This document shows, in pieces, positions 1-7,564 of a stretch of DNA of 47,132 bases. Numbering within the stretch: position 1 is the stretch's first letter; the number at the start of each line of letters is the position of its first letter. Both the position numbers and the translations under genes were made by a program. This stretch comes from Pseudomonadota bacterium (GTDB taxonomy: Bacteria; Bdellovibrionota_F; JAHFAK01; JBDREC01), in contig JBDREC010000068.1 of NCBI GenBank assembly GCA_043820105.1, positions 1 through 47,132 on the forward strand, written 5' to 3'. Below the pieces are notes generated by a model. That model ran no database searches, was not told where the DNA came from, and saw nothing but the letters and a program-made list of their open reading frames with translations.

Positions 1-7
1 CAATGAT

Positions 8-244
8 TTGGCATGTGGTGAATACAGAGCTCATCCCAACAAAGAAGCTTGTAGTAAAAAATCATCTTTAGATGAATTATTATGCTTAGGACAGGAAATT
101 AATTTTATTGAAGAAAATAAAGGAAGTAGTAATTTTTTTAGCAGTAAAGATTCAAAAAATAAACGAGCATTTGAAGAAAAATATAAAAGAGAGCTTGAGT
201 ATAAAATTAAAGGTTTGCAGGAGCTTTTTATGGAAAAACACTAG
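8..244 (+). CDS. Hypothetical protein, probably the 3' end of a gene starting before the window
   Basis: Open frame from the window edge to TAG at 242-244; no recognisable motif. Confidence 0.5.
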   Translation: MACGEYRAHPNKEACSKKSSLDELLCLGQEINFIEENKGSSNFFSSKDSKNKRAFEEKYKRELEYKIKGLQELFMEKH

Positions 245-299
245 TTTTCATTTTATTTTTTTCTTGCCATGAACTTATTATTATTGTACTTGCAGTGCT

Positions 300-356
300 G
301 TAGCCGTAGACTTATGCCTGCTTGACAAATCGTCGCCAGCTTAAGCGTGCGCCTAC
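300..356. repeat. Degenerate GTAG-type REP doublet (inverted pair)
   Basis: Left arm GTAGCCGTAGACTTATGCCTGC; reverse complement of right arm GTAGGCGCACGCTTAAGCTGGCG; similar element at 5079-5132. Confidence 0.55.
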
Positions 357-369
357 CATTGGATAATTT

Positions 370-397
370 AAAATTCAAAATTCAAAATTCAAAATTG
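370..397. repeat. Heptamer tandem repeat (AAAATTC)x3 plus one variant
   Basis: Read directly from the sequence. Confidence 0.8.
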
Positions 398-465
398 AAA
401 TGCAAAGAAAGGTTTTGAATTGCAAGTGTTAATATTATTAAGAATAATAAACTAAATTAAAAATT

Positions 466-1566
466 ATGAGTTTATCAAAAGGAAATACAAAATACGAAAT
501 ACGAGATACGAACCTCGTTGCTGTTGCTATGTCTGGTGGTGTCGATTCTTCTGCTGCTGCGGCCATTTTAAAGGAGCAGGGATATTCAGTTGTTGGAATT
601 AATTTAAGGCTTTGGGATCTTCCTGATCATCTTCAGGCTTCAAAGACTTGTTGCTCAACTGAAGATAGACGTGATGCTAAAACTGTTTGTGATATTCTTG
701 ATATTCCATTTAAACTTTTAGACTTGAGAAAAGAGTTTGAAAATCTTGTTATTGACAGCTTTGTTAGCGATTATAGACTTGGCAGAACTCCAAATCCATG
801 TATTTTATGTAATGAACATGTCAAATTTAAATTACTTTTTGACTATGCAAAAACCTTGGGCGCTAAATATTTAGCTACAGGTCATTATGTAAATAGAATT
901 GAAATTAACAAGCATTTTACCTTGTCTCGTGCAAAAGATTCAAAAAAAGACCAATCCTATTTTCTGTTTTCTATTTCACCTGAAAATCTTAAAAACATAA
1001 TATTTCCCAATGCTGATTTTACAAAAGATGAAATAAGAAATATTGCCCAAAAACATAAGCTTCCCATTTTCAAGAAAAATGATTCACAGGAAATTTGTTT
1101 TATTGAGGATAATAATCATCATCGATTTATTCGTGCTTATTTGAATATTGATAAAAAAGAAGAGGGCTATTTTGTAGATATTCATGGGAACAAACTTAAA
1201 AAACATGAAGGAATAGATAAATACACAATTGGTCAAAGACGAGGAATGGGCATTGCAAATTCAACACCTCTATATATATCAAACATTGATCAAAAGACAA
1301 ATCAAATTACAGTTTCTGATAAAAAATATTGTTATGCAAAAAATCTCAAAGCAAATAATGCCAATTGGTTTTTAAAAGTAGATCAAGAATTTAAAGCTCA
1401 GGCTAAAATTAGAAATAACCATGCTCAAGCCAACTGCACTGTGAAAATCTTATCAGAAACTTGCTTTGAATTAGAGTTTGAAGAAGAACAATTTGCGATT
1501 ACTCCAGGTCAGGCAGCAGTTGTTTATAAAGATGATATATTGCTTGGAGGAGGGTGGATTGAATAA
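466..1566 (+). CDS. mnmA: tRNA 2-thiouridine(34) synthase MnmA
   Basis: AMSGGVDS PP-loop, TPNPCILCN, ATGHY, KDQSYFL, SQEICF, YTIGQRRG, TPGQAAV. Confidence 0.97.
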   Translation: MSLSKGNTKYEIRDTNLVAVAMSGGVDSSAAAAILKEQGYSVVGINLRLWDLPDHLQASKTCCSTEDRRDAKTVCDILDIPFKLLDLRKEFENLVIDSFVSDYRLGRTPNPCILCNEHVKFKLLFDYAKTLGAKYLATGHYVNRIEINKHFTLSRAKDSKKDQSYFLFSISPENLKNIIFPNADFTKDEIRNIAQKHKLPIFKKNDSQEICFIEDNNHHRFIRAYLNIDKKEEGYFVDIHGNKLKKHEGIDKYTIGQRRGMGIANSTPLYISNIDQKTNQITVSDKKYCYAKNLKANNANWFLKVDQEFKAQAKIRNNHAQANCTVKILSETCFELEFEEEQFAITPGQAAVVYKDDILLGGGWIE

Positions 1567-2863
1567 GCAAACATTTGCCCTCTATACTCTAGGCTGCAGG
1601 ACGAATTCATATGATTCTGATCAAATAATTGGAAGCCTCATAAATGCAGGTTACAGCCAGGTTGACTTTGATAAAAAAGCTGATGTGTATGTTATCAATA
1701 CCTGCACAGTTACTTCAAAAACTGATGCTCAATCACGAAATATCATAAAAAGAGCTGTTAAAATGAATGATAAAGCTAAAGTTATTGTAACAGGTTGTTA
1801 TGTTGACAGAGATGCAAGTGAAATAGAGAATATAGAAGGTGTTACTTGTTTTATGGGTAATGATCATAAGAGTTTTATTGCCAGGATATTAGAAGATAAG
1901 AATTATAGTATAGAAAAAGAAATAAAGATAAATAGATTTTCATGGGCAGGTCCAGGGTCACGATTAACTCGTCCAAATTTAAAGATTCAAGATGGTTGTG
2001 ATAATGCTTGTTCATATTGTATTGTTCCAACAGTTAGAGGCAGTGAAGTTTCTTTGGAAAAAGATGAAGTTGTTAAAAGAATGATTGCCTATGCAGATAA
2101 TCAGGCAAAAGAATTAGTTTTAACAGGGATTCATATTGGCAGATATGGCAAGGATTTTTATGTCAATGAAAGTTTAGTGTCTCTTTTAAAATTAATGCTT
2201 TCAAGGATTGAGGAATTAGGATTAAGATTAAGATTGAGATTAAGTTCAATTGAGCCAGAAGAAATCAGTGATGAGTTGATTGAATTGGTGGCTGAAAGTC
2301 CTTATATATGCAAGCATTTTCATATTCCTTTGCAGTCAGGTTCAAATTCTATACTTAAAAAGATGAATAGAAACTATGAAGCTTCTATGTTTGCTGAATT
2401 AGTTCAGAAAATAAAAGCTAAAAATCCTGATATAGTTATTGGAACTGATATAATATGTGGGTATCCAGGGGAAAGTGATGAAGAATTCAAACAGACATAT
2501 GATTTTATTAAATCATTAGAGCTTTCATATGGCCATGTATTTCCTTATTCAGATAGACCTGGAACAAAGTCATTTGAGATAAAAGAAAAGGTTGATGACA
2601 GAATAAAGAAAGAAAGAGCAAAAGAATTAAGAGATCTTTTTAGTAGAAAGAAGCAAGAATTTTTAGATCTACAAATAAATAAGAAATTTGAAGTTTTGTT
2701 AGAAGAAAAGGAAAACTCTGCAACTGGCAATTTAACTGGCTTGTCGTCGAACTATATTCGGTTTTTAGTGGCTTCAGACAAAGAAAATAAAAACAATTTT
2801 GTTAATATAAAAGCTGTATCTATTATAAAAGAAGGGCTTATTAAAGGTGAAATAATTATTTAA
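1559..2863 (+). CDS. mtaB: tRNA methylthiotransferase MtaB (radical SAM)
   Basis: TLGCRTN, INTCTVT, VTGCY, KIQDGCDNACSYC, RLSSIEP, HFHIPLQSGS. Likely TTG start at 1559 overlapping the mnmA end; the ORF track starts at 1478. Confidence 0.93.
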   Translation: MNKQTFALYTLGCRTNSYDSDQIIGSLINAGYSQVDFDKKADVYVINTCTVTSKTDAQSRNIIKRAVKMNDKAKVIVTGCYVDRDASEIENIEGVTCFMGNDHKSFIARILEDKNYSIEKEIKINRFSWAGPGSRLTRPNLKIQDGCDNACSYCIVPTVRGSEVSLEKDEVVKRMIAYADNQAKELVLTGIHIGRYGKDFYVNESLVSLLKLMLSRIEELGLRLRLRLSSIEPEEISDELIELVAESPYICKHFHIPLQSGSNSILKKMNRNYEASMFAELVQKIKAKNPDIVIGTDIICGYPGESDEEFKQTYDFIKSLELSYGHVFPYSDRPGTKSFEIKEKVDDRIKKERAKELRDLFSRKKQEFLDLQINKKFEVLLEEKENSATGNLTGLSSNYIRFLVASDKENKNNFVNIKAVSIIKEGLIKGEIII

Positions 2864-2877
2864 CATGGAGGTTATAA

Positions 2878-3618
2878 ATGGATTTTGACGATTTTAAAGG
2901 TCTTGAAAATGAATTAAAATATGATTTTGAGGATATGTCCTTATTAAAGAAGGCTTTAACTCATAAATCATATAAAAATGAAAAGAAAAACACTGAATTT
3001 CAAGACAATCAGCGCCTAGAGTTTTTAGGTGATTCAGTTTTATCTTTAGCAATTAGTGAGCATTTATTTAAAAATTACATGGACAAAAATGAAGGTTGGT
3101 TGTCAAAAGTGCGATCCTTGTTTGTTAAAGAAGACACTTTGTTTAAAATTTCTGAGAAAATACGAGTTGGTGATTATATTCTTTTAGGTAAAGGCGAAGA
3201 AGCCACAGGTGGCAGGAAAAAACCTTCAGTTTTAGCAGATGCCTTAGAAGCAATCATTGGTGCTATTTACCTGGATTCATCTCTAAAGAAAGCTATTTCT
3301 ATTGTTCATAAACTGTTTTCTGATGTTTTTGATGTTGTTGGAAAAGAAGGCTTCCATCCAGATATTATGACAGATTATAAAACTGTTTTACAAGAAGTTG
3401 TGCAAAAGTTTGTAAAAGAAGCTCCGAAATATCAGTTACTAGAAGAGATTGGACCTGATCATGCAAAAGTTTTTAAATCTGAAGTTTTAATTGAAGAAAA
3501 AAGATATGGGGTTGGAGAAGGTAAGAGCAAGAAAGAATCAGAGCAAAGTGCAGCTCAAGAAGCCTTGCAAAAGTATCAAGCTGTCCATAAAAATGAAGAT
3601 GATAAAGAATTTGAATAA
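2878..3618 (+). CDS. rnc: Ribonuclease III
   Basis: ALTHKS, NQRLEFLGDSVL, ADALEAIIGAIYLD, C-terminal dsRBD (DYKTVLQE, GPDH, GKSKKESEQSAA); GGAGG RBS. Confidence 0.97.
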   Translation: MDFDDFKGLENELKYDFEDMSLLKKALTHKSYKNEKKNTEFQDNQRLEFLGDSVLSLAISEHLFKNYMDKNEGWLSKVRSLFVKEDTLFKISEKIRVGDYILLGKGEEATGGRKKPSVLADALEAIIGAIYLDSSLKKAISIVHKLFSDVFDVVGKEGFHPDIMTDYKTVLQEVVQKFVKEAPKYQLLEEIGPDHAKVFKSEVLIEEKRYGVGEGKSKKESEQSAAQEALQKYQAVHKNEDDKEFE

Positions 3619-3683
3619 AAAGTAATATTTTTTCTTGCATTTTTTTTTTAAGCAGACTAATTCAGATTCCACAAATTAAATTC

Positions 3684-3756
3684 GCGGGCGTAACTCAGTT
3701 GGTAGAGTGTCACGTTGCCATCGTGATTGTCGCCAGTTCGAATCTGGTCGCCCGCT
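3684..3756 (+). tRNA. tRNA-Gly (GCC), CCA not encoded
   Basis: Acceptor stem GCGGGCG/CGCCCGC, D arm ACTC-AGTTGGTA-GAGT, anticodon arm TCACG-TTGCCAT-CGTGA, T arm GCCAG-TTCGAAT-CTGGT, discriminator T. Confidence 0.96.
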
Positions 3757-3759
3757 TTA

Positions 3760-3808
3760 GAGTATTGAGTATTGAGTATTGAGTCTTGAGTATTGAGTAT
3801 TGAGTAAT
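3760..3808. repeat. Heptamer tandem repeat (GAGTATT) x7, two units variant
   Basis: Starts 4 nt after the tRNA 3' end. Confidence 0.9.
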
Positions 3809-3940
3809 GGGTTTTGTGTGGTTGGGGGAAAAGTTGCTATTCTTTTCAAAAGAGCTTTTTTGACACCAATTAATTTCCTGAAATCTTTAGCTTATTCTAA
3901 AAAATCAAGTCATTTCAGTATCTTGCCTTAATATTAAGCC

Positions 3941-3957
3941 TTGGCATATTCTTTGCT
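3941..3957 (+). promoter_or_regulatory. Sigma-54 (-24/-12) promoter
   Basis: TTGGCATATTCTTTGCT gives GG-N10-GC and matches YTGGCAY-N5-TTGCW; IHF-like AATCAAGTCATTT at 3903-3915. Confidence 0.75.
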
Positions 3958-4003
3958 ATATTTTCACATTAAATTAAGTGTTATGATTTAAGCAATAGCT
4001 TTA

Positions 4004-4132
4004 CTTACGACTTACGACTTACGACTTACGACTTACGACTTACGACTTACGACTTACGACTTACGACTTACGACTTACGACTTACGACTTACGACTTACT
4101 GCTTACTGCTTACACCTTACCACTTACCACTT
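4004..4132. repeat. Heptamer array (CTTACGA)x13 perfect plus 5 variant units
   Basis: Perfect units 4004-4094, then CTTACTG x2, CTTACAC, CTTACCA x2. Confidence 0.97.
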
Positions 4133-4151
4133 TCTCAAGGAGGGGATAGGT

Positions 4152-4832
4152 ATGAATAGCAAAGGAGAAGTTTCCTTTCATCGAAAAACTGTTGTTAAAA
4201 ATAAAGTTTTTCCTGATGCTATTAAAGATTATATTGCAACAAATGATTATCAAATATCATTTATGGACCTAAATAAAAATGATATTTTTGCCTGCTTTGG
4301 TTTTGGTCTTGGTGATATGATTAAATCTGTCTGTGAAAAAGTCAAAAAGGTTTATGCCTTTGATTTGGATCATAGTAATGTTGGAAAAATAAAAAAACAG
4401 CTCACAGAATTTTCTAATATTTATTTTAGACAAGAGAGTATGAGGGGAATTGATCTTAATTCGATTAATTTCTCAAAAGCTATAATAAGTGGAGCGTTAT
4501 CTGAGCTTTCTGATTATCAAAAAAGAATATTTATAAACAAATTATCAAGAGCAATGCCTATGGGGGGATTATTGCTTATTGAAGATAAGATGCTTGATTA
4601 TGATAAAACAAGTATTGAAGATGACTTTTTTCGAATTCTAGATGAAGCAAAAAGATATTATGGCTCCAATTGGAATAATGAAGCAGATGATTTTGTGATG
4701 ACTTTGAAGTTTAAATATATTTCAGAAAGAGATTATTTTCAAAGAATTTTAAATGAGGCCTCCTTTGATGTCTTAATTTCAGAGTCTGATTCTTCATTTT
4801 TTGGTAGAATTTTAGCAAAAAAATCTGTGTAA
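4152..4832 (+). CDS. Class I SAM-dependent methyltransferase-like protein
   Basis: Degenerate motif I (ACFGFGLG), VYAFD, late PMGGLLLIED motif; AGGAGG RBS. Confidence 0.65.
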   Translation: MNSKGEVSFHRKTVVKNKVFPDAIKDYIATNDYQISFMDLNKNDIFACFGFGLGDMIKSVCEKVKKVYAFDLDHSNVGKIKKQLTEFSNIYFRQESMRGIDLNSINFSKAIISGALSELSDYQKRIFINKLSRAMPMGGLLLIEDKMLDYDKTSIEDDFFRILDEAKRYYGSNWNNEADDFVMTLKFKYISERDYFQRILNEASFDVLISESDSSFFGRILAKKSV

Positions 4833-5078
4833 AAATCAAGGCTTATAAGCCCAACCCTTGGTTATGTTTACATCACATTATACATAAATAAAACCAACAT
4901 TTTTATTTGACATATGAAGATCAATCATTTAATACCAACCAGCGCTTTTGGATGAAGTAAATAAATTATCAGTTATCTGGCCATTGTATGTTAAGAAAAT
5001 AGAGGTAATGGACACATGCTATGCCAACTGATAGTTGGATTTTATACATTGTTATAGCGGCAACCTAATTTAACATAG

Positions 5079-5132
5079 GTGGCCGCAAACTTTAGCAAGT
5101 GCAATAAAGCGCTAGCTAAAGCTTGCGACTAA
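5079..5132. repeat. Degenerate GTAG-type REP doublet, second copy
   Basis: GTGGCCGCAAACTTTAGC...GCTAGCTAAAGCTTGCGACTA form inverted arms; same family as 300-356. Confidence 0.55.
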
Positions 5133-5155
5133 CAAGGAATTAACAGGAGAAGAAA

Positions 5156-5293
5156 ATGGCATCAAATACTAAAATAGTTAAAATAGTTAGAAAAAGAAAA
5201 AGAAAAAAAATGGGCGCACAAAGAAAAAAAGATAATGTTAAGTTTGGAACAACACCAAAGTTTCCTATTCATCCAGAACAGGTAACTGAATAA
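5156..5293 (+). CDS. Small basic protein, 45 aa: MASNTKIVKIVRKRKRKKMGAQRKKDNVKFGTTPKFPIHPEQVTE
   Basis: AGGAGA RBS before ATG 5156; stop 3 nt before the next gene; below the ORF track length cutoff. Confidence 0.8.
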   Translation: MASNTKIVKIVRKRKRKKMGAQRKKDNVKFGTTPKFPIHPEQVTE

Positions 5294-5296
5294 ACT

Positions 5297-6166
5297 TTGC
5301 CACTCGTTAGCGTAATTATCCCAACATATAATCGTTATCCTCTAGTTAATAATGCTATAGAATCTATTTTATCACAGAAATATGCGAAAAGGCTATCAGC
5401 TAGCAGCTTTCAGCCTTCAGCTAAGAAAGATATTTTCTACGAAATCATTGTAGTTGATGATGCTTCAAGTGATGAAACTTTTAATGAGTTATCAAATAAC
5501 AAGAAGATTAATTACATTAGATTAGATGCAAATAAGGGAGTTAGCAATGCTCGAAACATTGGAATAAAAGCAGCAAAAGGAGAATGGATAGCGCTTCTTG
5601 ATTCTGATGATACCTGGATGCCAGAAAAACTAAGCTACCAAATGGGTTATTTTCGTAAGCATAATAATATTAAGATATGCCAGACTGATGAAATTTGGAT
5701 CAGAAATGGCATGCGTGTAAACCCCAAAAATAAACATTCAAAGCCATCTGGATGGATCTTTGATAAAATACTTACTATGTGTCTTGTTTCACCTTCTGCT
5801 TCAATTATTTATAAAGAGGTTTTTGAAAAAATAGGATTTTTTGATGAAGATTTAGAGGTTTGCGAAGATTATGATTTTTGGATAAGAGCCTCTCTTTATT
5901 ATGAAATAAAATTTATTAATATGAAACTTATCACTAAAAATGGGGGTCACGAAGATCAACTATCAAGAAAACACTGGGGTATGGATAGATTTAGAATTCA
6001 ATCCCTAGAAAAAATACTTAGTACTTGTGAACTAAATGATGAACAAACTAAGCTTATAAAAAATGAGATTCTTAAAAAAGCTACTATTTTAAAAAATGGT
6101 GCTGAAAAAAGAGAAAATAAAGAGATCTTGGAAAAAATGAATAGTATAATTGTTAACTATAGTTGA
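5297..6166 (+). CDS. Glycosyltransferase family 2
   Basis: VSVIIPTYNR, EIIVVDDAS, GVSNARNIG, ALLDSDD, EDYDFW. Confidence 0.93.
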   Translation: MPLVSVIIPTYNRYPLVNNAIESILSQKYAKRLSASSFQPSAKKDIFYEIIVVDDASSDETFNELSNNKKINYIRLDANKGVSNARNIGIKAAKGEWIALLDSDDTWMPEKLSYQMGYFRKHNNIKICQTDEIWIRNGMRVNPKNKHSKPSGWIFDKILTMCLVSPSASIIYKEVFEKIGFFDEDLEVCEDYDFWIRASLYYEIKFINMKLITKNGGHEDQLSRKHWGMDRFRIQSLEKILSTCELNDEQTKLIKNEILKKATILKNGAEKRENKEILEKMNSIIVNYS

Positions 6167-6265
6167 CATGAGTTTATGATAAATATAAATAAGGAAACAA
6201 GTTGTTGTTAAAATACTTATAACTTACGACTTATGACTTATGACTTAATAAAAACGGAGAAAACA

Positions 6266-6757
6266 ATGTCCAAATGTCCATGTCAAAGTGATCTTGATTA
6301 TAGTAAATGTTGTGAACCTTTAATTAAAGGCGAGCAAAAAGCTGAAACAGCTGAAGCCTTAATGAGATCAAGATATTCAGCTTATGTTAAAAACGAAATA
6401 AATTACATTGCTAGTACTCACCACAAAAGTGGCAGAGATGAGTTCGATCATGACACAGCTGACAAATGGAGTAAAGCAGCCAAGTGGGCTGGCCTTGAAA
6501 TCAGAAATAGGGAAAAAGGTACCAAGGATGATACTGAAGGTAAGGTTGAGTTTATAGCAAAATATTATTTAGAAGGCAAATTTCAGGCTCACCATGAAGA
6601 AGCAGAGTTTATAAAAGAAGAAGATGTCTGGTATTTCAAAGATGGTAATATGGTGGTAAATGAACCTGTAAAAAGAGAAGGCGAAAAAGTTGGAAGAAAT
6701 GATCCTTGTCCTTGTGGTTCTGGAAAAAAATTTAAAAAGTGCTGTATTAATAAATAA
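6266..6757 (+). CDS. ychJ: YchJ-family SEC-C motif protein
   Basis: [56 protein letters not shown] before ATG 6266. Confidence 0.9.
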   Translation: MSKCPCQSDLDYSKCCEPLIKGEQKAETAEALMRSRYSAYVKNEINYIASTHHKSGRDEFDHDTADKWSKAAKWAGLEIRNREKGTKDDTEGKVEFIAKYYLEGKFQAHHEEAEFIKEEDVWYFKDGNMVVNEPVKREGEKVGRNDPCPCGSGKKFKKCCINK

Positions 6758-6827
6758 ACCAATCAATAATACTAATTACATGTAATAGAATTTTGGGTTT
6801 TGAATTTTGAATTTTAAATTGTATTTG

Positions 6828-7496
6828 TCATTTTTTTAAATATAAAATAGGGTCTTTTAAACCAGCTGCTTTAAAGCCCTTTAACCTCAAATAACAGGAT
6901 TCGCATTTTCCACAAGCTTTGTGATTTTCGCAATAACATGACCAGGTAAGGTCAAACGGAGTTTTTATTTCATATCCTTTTTTTATTATTTCAGATTTGT
7001 TCATATCAATAATTGGTGCACAAATTTCAATTTTTGTTTCAGGTCTTGTTCCTTTATCAATGGCTTCTTCCATACTTTTTAAAAAATCCATGCGGCAATC
7101 AGGATAACCTGATGAATCTTCCCATACTGCACCTATAAAAATCTTATTAGCACCATAAGATTCAGCTATTGAAGCAGCAACAGAAAGCATCATACCATTT
7201 CTAAATGGAACATAGGTTTGTGGGATTTCGTTGTCTTTGGGTGCTTGCTTGCTAATTTCAAGATTATGGTTGGTAAGACTTGATCCTGGTAGCTTTCCAT
7301 AAACAGGTATCTTTATCTCATGCCTTATTTCAATATTATAAAAATCAGCTAAATCATTAAATGCTTTTAATTCTTTTTTCTCGGTCTTTTGCCCATAATT
7401 AAAATGAACCCCGATAATTTCATGGTCTTTTGCTGCAATTGAAGTGCTAACAGCACTATCAAGCCCCCCAGAAATCAAACAAACTGCTTTAAACAT
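6828..7496 (-). CDS. queC: 7-cyano-7-deazaguanine synthase QueC
   Basis: SGGLDS, FNYGQK, TYVPFRN, GYPDCR, TWSCY, CGKCESC; probable start MFKAVC at 7496. Confidence 0.95.
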   Translation of the reverse strand: MFKAVCLISGGLDSAVSTSIAAKDHEIIGVHFNYGQKTEKKELKAFNDLADFYNIEIRHEIKIPVYGKLPGSSLTNHNLEISKQAPKDNEIPQTYVPFRNGMMLSVAASIAESYGANKIFIGAVWEDSSGYPDCRMDFLKSMEEAIDKGTRPETKIEICAPIIDMNKSEIIKKGYEIKTPFDLTWSCYCENHKACGKCESCYLRLKGFKAAGLKDPILYLKK

Positions 7497-7564
7497 ATTC
7501 TTCAAAACATCCTTCCATATTCTCATATTCCCTTGTTCTCATGTTCCCTTGCGCTCTTGTTCCC

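Noticed and set aside
4004-4132. Repeat array as a possible CRISPR
   Set aside because: Contiguous 7-bp units with no spacers, and no cas genes in the window.
3757-4832. Integrative element at tRNA-Gly
   Set aside because: No integrase, and I found no duplicated tRNA 3' end in the window.
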